Shown here one piece after another: positions 49,540 to 58,577 of a DNA stretch of 64,000 bases; the stretch's first letter is position 1; the number at the start of each line of letters is the position of its first letter. The notes under the pieces are model-generated. The model was not told the DNA's origin, ran no database searches, and was given only the letters and a program-made list of their open reading frames with translations. The DNA is from Acidimicrobiaceae bacterium (GTDB lineage: Bacteria; Actinomycetota; Acidimicrobiia; Actinomarinales; Actinomarinaceae): the NCBI GenBank assembly GCA_028404505.1, contig JAOOBM010000002.1, forward strand, positions 90,587 to 154,586. The letters run 5' to 3'. Position numbers and translations under genes: made by a program.

Positions 49540-50847
49540 TTACGGCCAAGATTTTTCTATATTATCAAGTGCTGTATCGATATAACCTGGCCCTTGTGTA
49601 GCCAATTCGGTCATTTCAACCCAGAAGGATCCACTACCTACTTCAGTAGGCATATTATCAGATCCATCAAACCTGAAAACATTTGCTTGTAATGCTGCTT
49701 TCAAGAATTCAGCTTGTTGTGCAACAACTGGACTCCAATATTTTGAAGTATCAAATCCAGTATGAGCTGTAATTCTTGTAGAACTAGTACCAGACCAGTT
49801 TTCAGCAACACCTGTCCAGTACTGATCGGATAACATGAAGTCAACAACTGCTTGAGTTGCTTCATCATTTACCAATACTGCCCACATGTCACCAGCACCG
49901 AGAACTGTATCTGACACAACATCCATTTGTGGAAATGCGAAAAATGTAGTTTCGGTTCCTAGTCCAGCTTTTGCTTCTTCAGGCCAGAATCCTGGAATGA
50001 AAGAAGCTTGTCTGTGCATAAAGCAGCCTGGATTACCATTAGAATCTCTCTCGAACATTGGATCTTGAGCATTTCCAAAGAACGTGGAAACAATAGCATC
50101 TGTTCCACCAACAACATAGCCGTCAGTATGCATAATCTGACTTAAGTAAGTTGCTGCTGTTTTAACTATTGGATCGTTAAATGGAATTTCATGATTTACC
50201 CATGCATCATAAGAGTCAACACCATTACCGGTACGAAGCATAATATCTTCCATCCAGTCTGTTGCTAACCAACCAGTTGCACCGTTTGAGTACATTCCAA
50301 AACAGAATGGAGTCATACCTTCAGCAACTATTTGATCTGCAAGTGCGATCATTTCATCCCAAGTCTCTGGGACTGCGTAACCTCTCTTCTCAAATTCAGC
50401 TGGTTGATACCAAACGATACTCTTTAGGTTTACAGCTTGAGCTCCACCATATGGAACACCATCTACTTCACCTAATCCAACTAAATAGGGTGAGAAATTA
50501 CTTCTATACTCATCAAGATCAACACCTACATCCTCTAGAGGAATGATGTTTCCTGCTCTTGCTTGAGCTCTAACAGTACCTGGCTGTGGCCATAAAGCAA
50601 TGTTAGGTGGGTTACCAGCTTCAATTTGTGCTAACAATTCAGACTCAAAGTTTTCTGAACCAACATAAGTGACAATTATTCCAGTCTCTTCTGTAAAGTC
50701 CCTAAAAGTCGCTTGAATAGCCTGTCCGTCAGGACCATCTGTAGCTGGAGCACCAAAATAAATGACTTCCTGTCCTTCAAGACTGTTACCACAGGCAACA
50801 GCAAGCATTGAAAGGATAAGAAGCAGTCCAATAATAGACTTTTTCAT
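49540..50847 (-). CDS. Sugar ABC transporter substrate-binding lipoprotein.
   Basis: Lipoprotein signal LSMLAVACG, family-1 SBP homology, an SD AAGGGAG upstream, and elevated GC. Confidence 0.8.
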   Translation of the reverse strand: MKKSIIGLLLILSMLAVACGNSLEGQEVIYFGAPATDGPDGQAIQATFRDFTEETGIIVTYVGSENFESELLAQIEAGNPPNIALWPQPGTVRAQARAGNIIPLEDVGVDLDEYRSNFSPYLVGLGEVDGVPYGGAQAVNLKSIVWYQPAEFEKRGYAVPETWDEMIALADQIVAEGMTPFCFGMYSNGATGWLATDWMEDIMLRTGNGVDSYDAWVNHEIPFNDPIVKTAATYLSQIMHTDGYVVGGTDAIVSTFFGNAQDPMFERDSNGNPGCFMHRQASFIPGFWPEEAKAGLGTETTFFAFPQMDVVSDTVLGAGDMWAVLVNDEATQAVVDFMLSDQYWTGVAENWSGTSSTRITAHTGFDTSKYWSPVVAQQAEFLKAALQANVFRFDGSDNMPTEVGSGSFWVEMTELATQGPGYIDTALDNIEKSWP

Positions 50848-50865
50848 TATTTATCTCCCTTTTAT

Positions 50866-50877
50866 ATACGTACGTAT
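50866..50877. promoter_or_regulatory. Perfect 12-bp palindrome ATACGTACGTAT between the promoter and RBS of the binding-protein gene. It is a candidate operator.
   Basis: Exactly self-complementary, and 19-30 nt upstream of the start at 50847 on the minus strand. Confidence 0.35.
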
Positions 50878-50998
50878 GCTAAAAATTAGGTAATTCTTAG
50901 CACTAATCAGGGTATTAAAATTAAAGAATATTTCTATTATTTAATTAAAACTTTTTGTGTTTGAGTTGATTTTTTTATTCATATTATGTATAAAAAAG

Positions 50999-51082
50999 TG
51001 CCCGAGGGGGGACTCGAACCCCCACATCCTTTCGAATAACGGATTTTAAGTCCGTCGCGTCTACCAATTCCGCCACCCGGGC
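50999..51082 (-). tRNA. tRNA-Leu (anticodon UAA), type II with a long variable arm.
   Basis: I folded it by hand. The acceptor stem is GCCCGGG/CTCGGGC, the anticodon stem ACGGA/TCCGT has loop CTTAAAA, and the T-arm is GGGGGTTCGAGTCCCCC. No CCA is encoded. Confidence 0.8.
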
Positions 51083-51089
51083 AACCAAT

Positions 51090-51986
51090 CTAAAAATATT
51101 TTAGAATAAGCCCTTCTAAAATATCACTTTTTGAAACTTTTAGTTGGGTAATTTTATATTTTTTTAACAAATTTATTACTAGAAATAATCCCGAAGTTAT
51201 TGTTACTGCTCTTTTTGGGTCAAGACTAGGATATTCACTTATTATTTTTGGTACTGACAAAGTTTTCAAATCTTCGTAGATATTTTTAACAGAATCATAA
51301 GAAATTATTACTTTATCAATTTCATTTTCATCATATTTTTTTTGATTTAAATATATTGAACCAAGAGATGTGAAGGTTCCAGAGACACCAATTAATTGTC
51401 TGTGACCATAATCTTTATCATGAAAAATATCATTAAAATAATTTGTTGCATTTTTCTCTTTGTCGATACTTATAGGATTTTCAGTAAAGTAATTTTCACT
51501 CATGGATACAACTCCAATATCCTCAGATTGAATATCTAGCTTGTTTTCAATATCTGTAATAAGTTCTGTACTTTGGCCTCCAATATCTACTATCAAATAA
51601 TTTTGTAAATTTTTAAAAGATGACTGCACGCCTAAACTTGTTAGTAATCCCTCTTCTTCACCAGAAATAATCTTGATATCTAGATTAAACCTTTTTTTTA
51701 CTTCATCTATAACTTCATCTGAATTCTTAGAATTTCTAAATACAGCAGTGCCGATACAAAAAACTTCTTGAACTTCATATTCTTCAATTTTTCTCATATA
51801 TTTTCTAAGTACTTTAAAAAATCTCTTTTTTGAATCGTCTGAAATCCTTCCTGTTTTATCAATGCTGTCACTCAATCTTGTAACCTGATGCTCTTTATAT
51901 AGATTTTCTAACGTACCATTTTCAACTGTGGATATGAGCAATCTTGTTGAATTTGAACCACAATCAAGTGCACCAATTTCTACCAT
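51090..51986 (-). CDS. ppx: Ppx/GppA family exopolyphosphatase.
   Basis: N-terminal actin-like ATPase motif ALDCGSNSTRLLI, and actinobacterial synteny after DUF501. Confidence 0.8.
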   Translation of the reverse strand: MVEIGALDCGSNSTRLLISTVENGTLENLYKEHQVTRLSDSIDKTGRISDDSKKRFFKVLRKYMRKIEEYEVQEVFCIGTAVFRNSKNSDEVIDEVKKRFNLDIKIISGEEEGLLTSLGVQSSFKNLQNYLIVDIGGQSTELITDIENKLDIQSEDIGVVSMSENYFTENPISIDKEKNATNYFNDIFHDKDYGHRQLIGVSGTFTSLGSIYLNQKKYDENEIDKVIISYDSVKNIYEDLKTLSVPKIISEYPSLDPKRAVTITSGLFLVINLLKKYKITQLKVSKSDILEGLILKYF

Positions 51987-52510
51987 TCAGATCGCCATTT
52001 ATCATTCTTAGTTCCCTCAACTACGCAGGGTTCTTTACAATTGCAACCACCAACATTCTCTAAAACTATTTGTCCTACAATATTTTTTCCAGTTACTAAT
52101 TCGTCTGCTAAATGAGAATGCAAACACTTTATAGAACTTACAGTACCCCCAACTCCTCCAATTGGAGAAACTGTATTTTTTTCACTTTTATACTTTTTGT
52201 TTCTTTCCTTTTCATAACTTTTTTGTCTCTTAAACCAGGATTTTCTTAGCTTGTTATTGCTGTTAAGTTGGTTATCTAACTCCTTGACCATTCCATGAGA
52301 CTCTAAGGTGCTAACTTTTTTTATATACATTGGGCATGTAAGCCAAAACATGGTTGGAAATGGTGTTCCGTCATCAAGGTTTTTTGGGACATCAATTACA
52401 ACAGGAAGGTCAAAATGACACCTTACAGCTACTTTTATTTCACTTCTTAAATTTCTGTTAAGTTGTATTTCAACAATTTGTTTTTCACTAGTCACTGTTT
52501 GGTCCGACAA
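51980..52510 (-). CDS. DUF501 domain protein.
   Basis: PFPTMFWLTCP motif, and the conserved position between ftsB and ppx as in Rv1025. Confidence 0.7.
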   Translation of the reverse strand: MSDQTVTSEKQIVEIQLNRNLRSEIKVAVRCHFDLPVVIDVPKNLDDGTPFPTMFWLTCPMYIKKVSTLESHGMVKELDNQLNSNNKLRKSWFKRQKSYEKERNKKYKSEKNTVSPIGGVGGTVSSIKCLHSHLADELVTGKNIVGQIVLENVGGCNCKEPCVVEGTKNDKWRSEW

Positions 52511-52865
52511 TAAACTCTACAACATATTCTAAAAGGCCTTTGCTTCTTTCGCTTTGAAGAGTTTCTTCCAAAGGTGTGACAGGTTCTGGAACTTTAAATC
52601 TATATATACTTTCTCCTGGCATACCATATCCATGCTGTCTCAAAACAATATCGAGCTTGTCAGGATCTTCGAGATCATCAATTTTTTGTTGAATAAAGTT
52701 AATTTCATTTCTTAAATCATTTGCGTGTTCTTGACGTGATTCAAGCTGTGATTGTAATGATTGATAATCTTTAAAACTTAATTCCCAAGTGTCAAAAATA
52801 AAGAATACAAAAATAAAAGAAGTAATTAAAAACATTATTTTTGAAAATAAATTTTGCTTGATCAT
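52488..52865 (-). CDS. ftsB: Septum formation initiator (FtsB/DivIC family).
   Basis: N-terminal TM helix followed by a coiled coil, directly downstream of eno. Confidence 0.7.
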   Translation of the reverse strand: MIKQNLFSKIMFLITSFIFVFFIFDTWELSFKDYQSLQSQLESRQEHANDLRNEINFIQQKIDDLEDPDKLDIVLRQHGYGMPGESIYRFKVPEPVTPLEETLQSERSKGLLEYVVEFIVGPNSD

Positions 52866-54136
52866 TTGTCATATCCAAATTTCTGAAGATTGAATTGTTG
52901 AAAACCTATATTTTCTCCAATTCGAAGTAATTCATTGTATTTAGCTGTTCTTTCTGATCTCGCAGGTGCACCTGTTTTTATTTGTCCACTTGAGGTGCCA
53001 ACACATAAATGACTTATAAATGTATCTTCAGTCTCACCCGATCTATGCGAAACAATTGATGAATAGTTACTTTCTTTGGCCAGTGTCATCGTATTGATTG
53101 TTTCACTCACACTTCCAACTTGATTGACTTTAACTAATATTGAGTTTGCACAACTATCAGCGACTCCCTTTTCTAATATTTTTTCTTGAGTTACAAATAA
53201 GTCATCTCCAACAAGTTGTATTGTGTCTCCTATTTTTTTTGTCAGATATTTCCATCCATCCCAATCATCCTCAGCTAGTCCATCCTCAATTGATACTATT
53301 GGATAATTCGACGATAAATTTATTAAATAATCTGACATTTCTTGGCTGTTAAGTTCATTTCCCTCAATCCTATAAAAATCATCTGTAAAAAATTCTGAAG
53401 CTGCAACATCTAATGCTAAAGAAACATTTCCACCTGGTTCATAACCGGCTTCAGAAATAGATTGCATAATTTCATCAAGGATCTCTGTTGAAGAGTTAAA
53501 ATTTGGAGCAAACCCTCCTTCATCACCAACATTGGTTGAAAGCTTATTTGATTTAAGTCTTTTCTTAAGTACATGATAAATCTCAACACCTGCTCTCAAA
53601 GAAGTATCAAAAGTTTCGAAACCAAATGGTACGATCATAAATTCTTGAATATCAACAGAGTTATCAGCGTGTGCACCACCATTGAGAATGTTCATAAAAG
53701 GAACAGGTAGAGAAGGTGGTCCATAAATATTTGGAAATAGTTCAAAAAGTTGTTTGTTTTGTTGGTTAGCACTTGCTCTCATTAATGCCATTGACACTGC
53801 TAAGATCGCATTTGCTCCAAGATTATTCTTGTTATCAGTTCCATCTAATTCAATTAACTTATCATCAATAGTGCTCTGATCAGTTACATCCTCACCCACT
53901 AAAATGTCTGAAATTATTGTTTTAACATTTTCGATCGCTTTGTTTACTCCCATCCCATTAAAGGATGAATCATTATCTCTAAGTTCATGAGCTTCAAGGG
54001 CTCCAGTCGAAGCTCCAGATGGAACTGCAGCACGACCTTTGATATTATCACTCGTAGTAATTTCAACTTCAATGGTTGGATTTGCTCTTGAATCTAATAT
54101 ATGACGAGCATTAATGCTTTTAATTTTTTTATTCAT
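52862..54136 (-). CDS. eno: Enolase.
   Basis: N-terminus INARHILDSRANPTIEVE and the C-terminal enolase signature (SHRSGETED). Confidence 0.9.
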   Translation of the reverse strand: MNKKIKSINARHILDSRANPTIEVEITTSDNIKGRAAVPSGASTGALEAHELRDNDSSFNGMGVNKAIENVKTIISDILVGEDVTDQSTIDDKLIELDGTDNKNNLGANAILAVSMALMRASANQQNKQLFELFPNIYGPPSLPVPFMNILNGGAHADNSVDIQEFMIVPFGFETFDTSLRAGVEIYHVLKKRLKSNKLSTNVGDEGGFAPNFNSSTEILDEIMQSISEAGYEPGGNVSLALDVAASEFFTDDFYRIEGNELNSQEMSDYLINLSSNYPIVSIEDGLAEDDWDGWKYLTKKIGDTIQLVGDDLFVTQEKILEKGVADSCANSILVKVNQVGSVSETINTMTLAKESNYSSIVSHRSGETEDTFISHLCVGTSSGQIKTGAPARSERTAKYNELLRIGENIGFQQFNLQKFGYDK

Positions 54137-54173
54137 AACCCTGTTAATTAAAATCTAACAGAAAAAATAATCT

Positions 54174-54914
54174 TTACGAATCTATTTGATTTTTCTTAGC
54201 TTCCTGCCAAAGAACATTGATATCTGTTTCTTTATTTATATGTTTTTCAACATATTTTGCACGATTTATAAAGGTTTGAATCGATTTTTTTAACTCAATT
54301 TCAGGATCAGCCTCTAAGTATCTAGAAACATTAATTAGTGAAAAATATACATCGCCAAGTTCTGACTTTCTATCCTCTAAAGTGGTTGCTTCTTTAAGTT
54401 CATTTATTTCAGAAATTAAATCATCCAAAGCCTCATCATAATTTTTATAGCTTAAATTAAGCGTCTTTGCTTTTCGTTGTACTTTGAATGCTGTATTTAC
54501 TGGAGGAAGTTTCGTATTGATGTCATCAAATATAGATTCATTCGCTTCTTTCTTTATTTCTTCCCATTGTTTTTCAACTTCCTCCGATGAATTCAAGTTT
54601 TTTTTGTCGAAAACATGTGGGTGGCGTTTTATTAATTTTTTTTGTAAAGAATTTATCACTTCAATTATCGAAAAATAATTATTTTCAGAAGCAATTTCTG
54701 AGTGTAATAGTATTTGGAGTAAAAGATCTCCTAACTCTTCTTTGAAGTCATTAAAGGATTCTGGTGAGTCATTTAAATTTGATAAAGTATCTAATAATTC
54801 GTATGATTCCTCAATCAGATGCTTTGCCAGGCTTTCGTGTGTTTGTTCTTTGTCCCATGGGCATTCTCTTCTAAGTTGTGAAACTATATCAAGCAGATTA
54901 TTGAAATCATTCAT
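54174..54914 (-). CDS. mazG: MazG nucleoside triphosphate pyrophosphohydrolase.
   Basis: ECPWDKEQTHESL...EESYE MazG motif, upstream of eno as in Actinobacteria. Confidence 0.75.
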   Translation of the reverse strand: MNDFNNLLDIVSQLRRECPWDKEQTHESLAKHLIEESYELLDTLSNLNDSPESFNDFKEELGDLLLQILLHSEIASENNYFSIIEVINSLQKKLIKRHPHVFDKKNLNSSEEVEKQWEEIKKEANESIFDDINTKLPPVNTAFKVQRKAKTLNLSYKNYDEALDDLISEINELKEATTLEDRKSELGDVYFSLINVSRYLEADPEIELKKSIQTFINRAKYVEKHINKETDINVLWQEAKKNQIDS

Positions 54915-54915
54915 C

Positions 54916-55911
54916 TTAGTTGATGTCTACTTTTGTTAATTTTTCACTATTTAGCCAAGAGATAGTCTTGGATATAAAATCATCAATTGATGTATAATTC
55001 AATCCAAGTTCTTTTTCAGCTTTCTGGCCATCATATAAATGTCCGTGGGTGAGAACTCTTATTGTTTCTCCACATATAACTCCACCTAACGAAGTAAATT
55101 TCCCAAAAATATCAAAAATAGGACCTAGTCCAGTAAAAAGTTGTTTAGAGATATATATCGGGGATCCATTCCAGCTTGTAATCGACTTAAGGTTCTGGAT
55201 TAATACATCGATTTCTAGCCTGAAACTATTTAGTACATATCTTTCATTATTCTTTCCATTGATTAATCCTAAGTAGTGACCTTCTGTGCAATCATCAATA
55301 TCAACTACTGAAATAGAACTTCTTATTAAGGGTGGAAATTTTTTATTCAGTGTTGATATCATAAGTTTTGCAGTTCCGGACATTCTTCCTGGTCCCTGAA
55401 CAGATGATGGATTAATAGACACAAATTCAAACTCCTTATTAAAAGCAAAAGCAACTTCCTCAGCTAAGTATTTTGATTCTTCATAATCAGATAAAAATGT
55501 GCCTCTATGTGTAGAATCCTCATTTCCAACACTTCCTTTTTTCTCTCCAAGGGTCGCTGCAGAGGAAGTATAAATAAACTTTTCAATATTTAATTTATTA
55601 CCTAATTCCAACATTTGTTTTGTGCCTTCAATGTTTGTCTTAAACATACCTGAAGGATCTTTCTGACATTTTTTATTTTCACCAGCAACATGAAATATTG
55701 CTTCGATCGATTTTTCTTTAAGTTGTTCATAAATATCATCATTGAATAAATCACCATTTATGATTTTTGCATTATTAGAAATTAAAAAATCATCGTTTAA
55801 CTTGTTTCTAGACAGCGCAAAAACACTATGTCCTTCATTTACCAGTTTTTTTAATAGTGGCTTTCCTAAAATTCCTGTAGAGCCAGTAAGAAATATATTT
55901 TTATATTTCAT
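54916..55911 (-). CDS. NAD-dependent epimerase/dehydratase (extended SDR) family protein.
   Basis: Rossmann motif LTGSTGILG and a YxxxK region. Confidence 0.7.
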   Translation of the reverse strand: MKYKNIFLTGSTGILGKPLLKKLVNEGHSVFALSRNKLNDDFLISNNAKIINGDLFNDDIYEQLKEKSIEAIFHVAGENKKCQKDPSGMFKTNIEGTKQMLELGNKLNIEKFIYTSSAATLGEKKGSVGNEDSTHRGTFLSDYEESKYLAEEVAFAFNKEFEFVSINPSSVQGPGRMSGTAKLMISTLNKKFPPLIRSSISVVDIDDCTEGHYLGLINGKNNERYVLNSFRLEIDVLIQNLKSITSWNGSPIYISKQLFTGLGPIFDIFGKFTSLGGVICGETIRVLTHGHLYDGQKAEKELGLNYTSIDDFISKTISWLNSEKLTKVDIN

Positions 55912-56449
55912 TCTTTGATTTAAAGTAAGAGACGATGTATTGGTATCCGGATATATAAGAGAAGATTAAGGCATGCATCACAAATAACTCTGCAATGGTT
56001 AGGTTTAATATTGATAAAGGAAAGTCCATCATAACAAAACCTACGGCCCAAAATTGAAGACTTGCTTTTGCTTTTCCAAATTTACTTGGTGGGATCATTA
56101 TCCCTTCATTTCCAGCGAGGCCTCTTAATCCAGTAATTACAAACTCTCTAACAATTAAGAGAACTGTCACCCAAATACTTACTCTATCTATGTATGTAAA
56201 GCCAACAAATATAAATGTGATGAAGATTTTATCTGCAATTGTATCCAAAAATGCCCCAACTTTTGAAGACACATTCCATTTTCTTGCTAACCTCCCATCA
56301 AAAAAATCTGTCCAAGCAGCAATGAAAGCAATAATTGCGGGTATTAACATTAAACCTTCTCTTGAACCATCCGCCAAAATAAGAAATAAAATTACAGGTG
56401 ATGAAGCTATACGAAAAATTGCGAGTAAATCTGGTATATATCTTTTCAT
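55901..56449 (-). CDS. pgsA: CDP-alcohol phosphatidyltransferase (PgsA-like).
   Basis: DGRLARKWNVSSKVGAFLDTIADK, which is the D-G-x2-A-R-x8-G-x3-D-x3-D motif. Confidence 0.75.
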   Translation of the reverse strand: MKRYIPDLLAIFRIASSPVILFLILADGSREGLMLIPAIIAFIAAWTDFFDGRLARKWNVSSKVGAFLDTIADKIFITFIFVGFTYIDRVSIWVTVLLIVREFVITGLRGLAGNEGIMIPPSKFGKAKASLQFWAVGFVMMDFPLSILNLTIAELFVMHALIFSYISGYQYIVSYFKSKNEI

Positions 56450-57045
56450 TAGATCACGTCAATAATTCTTCGCTCAGATGCTTTTTTTATTCCATTATCT
56501 GAATTTTCTAAAAATGAGTCAATAATTTCCATGCTGTCTTCAATTATAAACTCAACTTCTTCTGTCTCGTCATTATTAAACTTTGATAAAACATAATCTG
56601 CAGGATCTATCGTTGACGGTGGTCTTCCAAGACCAATTTTGAACCTCCAATAATTGCTATGTCCTAAAGATGAATCAATCGACTTAATGCCGTTATGACC
56701 ACCGTCAGAACTTGCCTTTTTTATACGAAATCTACCAAATGCTAGATCAATATCATCATGAATTACAACTAATTCATAATCTCTCATTCCAGTACTCATT
56801 AGAAACGCTTTTAAGCCTTGTCCTGATTTGTTCATAGAGGTCATAGGTATTAATAAATTTACTAATTTATCTTCAAATTCATATTTTGTAGACTGAAAAC
56901 TTCCTGAACTATCTAATTGAAATTCTTTATCCTTTTTTTGACAGTAAGAGAAAAGTATATCGGCGCCGATATTGTGACGAGTATTGATATATTTTGGTTG
57001 AGGATTCCAAAGTCCAACTAAAACAAAGTTAGGTTTATTCTCCAC
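56449..57045 (-). CDS. pth: Peptidyl-tRNA hydrolase.
   Basis: FVLVGLWNPQPKYINTRHNIGADIL matches the Pth N-terminus. The start was chosen at the GTG giving MENKPNF (11-nt overlap with rplY). Alternatives are the ATG at 57066 or the tracked start at 57144, both lying deeper inside the rplY 3' end. Confidence 0.75.
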   Translation of the reverse strand: MENKPNFVLVGLWNPQPKYINTRHNIGADILFSYCQKKDKEFQLDSSGSFQSTKYEFEDKLVNLLIPMTSMNKSGQGLKAFLMSTGMRDYELVVIHDDIDLAFGRFRIKKASSDGGHNGIKSIDSSLGHSNYWRFKIGLGRPPSTIDPADYVLSKFNNDETEEVEFIIEDSMEIIDSFLENSDNGIKKASERRIIDVI

Positions 57046-57724
57046 TTTCTTCTGCTGGTTCTGCATCATCTGAGCCATCTTCAGATTCTTCATCGCCTTC
57101 TCCAGCCTCTTCTTCGCCCTCTTCACCTTCAAGTTCCTCATCAACTACTTCTTCTTCCTCAATAGCGGCTCGAGGTATTGTTATTGTAACAAGGATTGAA
57201 TCGTCATCTTCTGAAGCCAACACTACTCCTTCAGGTAACTGAATATCTGTTGCGGTTACATTGTCTCCAACATTTAATGGTGAGATATCTACATCCAGTG
57301 ATGATGGAATATTTGTAGGAAGTGCTGTAATAGAAATCGTATTATTGACTGTTTGAACAACTCCACCTTCTTCTTTTACTCCTAGTGGTGTTCCTATGAA
57401 GTTAACTTGTACATCTGCTTCAACAGTTTGAGATAGGTCAATTCTTACTAAATCAACATGGACTATCTCATCTTTATAGGCATGACGTTGAATCTCTCTC
57501 GCAAGGGCTGGGAATGAATCTTTTCCTACGTTGACATTTAAAATAACATTTGATCCTGCTTCAGTTTTAAGTGCGTTATTAAATTCTCTTGAATTTAATA
57601 ACAATGATTGTGGTTCTGTTCCAAGACCGTACATAACAGCTGGGATTAATCCTGAAGATCGCAATCTTCTTGACTCTCCAGATCCTGTTTTTTCTCTACT
57701 TGTTGCTTCTAATGTAATTTCCAT
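57035..57724 (-). CDS. rplY: 50S ribosomal protein L25 / general stress protein Ctc, with a long acidic C-terminal tail.
   Basis: Ctc-form L25 N-terminal and beta-barrel domains, followed by about 45 residues rich in E/D/G (EEEEVVDEELEGEEGEEEAGEGDEESEDGSDDAEPAEESGE). Confidence 0.8.
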   Translation of the reverse strand: MEITLEATSREKTGSGESRRLRSSGLIPAVMYGLGTEPQSLLLNSREFNNALKTEAGSNVILNVNVGKDSFPALAREIQRHAYKDEIVHVDLVRIDLSQTVEADVQVNFIGTPLGVKEEGGVVQTVNNTISITALPTNIPSSLDVDISPLNVGDNVTATDIQLPEGVVLASEDDDSILVTITIPRAAIEEEEVVDEELEGEEGEEEAGEGDEESEDGSDDAEPAEESGE

Positions 57725-57779
57725 GATTTCCTTAAGAATTATATAGAGTAGTTAATTTTATTTTCTATATAAAAAGTAT

Positions 57780-58577
57780 TTATGCTTTTTCTGTTGCTTT
57801 TCTTGCTGATATTACTGCAAGAGTGAGGGTTATCACTGCAAATGAAGTTGCAGCTAGAAAGCCTCTAAATAATATATCTAGTTCCCAACCTTGTACCATT
57901 ACGGATCTCATTCCTTCAATTACGTAGGTTGTGGGGTTGTAGGCTGCCGCAGTTTCTAGCCATCCTTTTAATTGTTCTCTAGGTACAAAAGTAGGAGCTA
58001 AGAATATTGCAGGGAAAAATAGAAAAGTAGCTGCCTGTGCGCCCTGAGATGATCCTGACTTTACTCCAGCAGCAACAGAATAACCAGCAAAACCCATCCC
58101 CCAAATAAAAGCGAGTGATAGGACGATAAAAAATCCTACATTACCAACTACAGGATCGGCTCCTATTAACTTTCCTATTAATAAAATCAATCCTGCTTGT
58201 AATAAAACTCTTAAAGCTCCAACATTCATCGGAGCCAAAATTATTGCCCATCTAGAGATTGGCATACTTTGATAACGTTTAAAGACACCTGATTCAATAT
58301 CTTCTACTAAATATATTCCAGAGGCAGCACCACTTAAAGAAGCGGAAACTATTGATACTGGGAGAATAAAATTTATAAAATTTCCATTTGCAAAATCAAA
58401 GGGCGTTCCACTTGCAGTTCCTCCAAAAACTCCTCCAAGAGCACCGTCATACACAAATAAGAAAAATGCTGAAATAATTAGATTGGGTAACTCCGCAAGA
58501 GGTCTTCTTACTACTCGTAAAACCAGTCTTTTTGTTAAAACTTGTAGTTGTACAAAGAAGGATCTATTTGATTCCAT
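57780..58577 (-). CDS. ABC-2 type transporter permease.
   Basis: 6-TM ABC-2 family membrane protein immediately downstream of the ATPase. Confidence 0.75.
   Translation of the reverse strand: MESNRSFFVQLQVLTKRLVLRVVRRPLAELPNLIISAFFLFVYDGALGGVFGGTASGTPFDFANGNFINFILPVSIVSASLSGAASGIYLVEDIESGVFKRYQSMPISRWAIILAPMNVGALRVLLQAGLILLIGKLIGADPVVGNVGFFIVLSLAFIWGMGFAGYSVAAGVKSGSSQGAQAATFLFFPAIFLAPTFVPREQLKGWLETAAAYNPTTYVIEGMRSVMVQGWELDILFRGFLAATSFAVITLTLAVISARKATEKA

Noticed and set aside
50999-51082. tRNA-Leu and tRNA-Arg (59602-59674) as integration sites of a genomic island.
   Set aside because: No integrase, direct repeat of a tRNA 3' end, or compositional break flanks either tRNA. The neighbouring genes are core housekeeping genes in conserved actinobacterial order.
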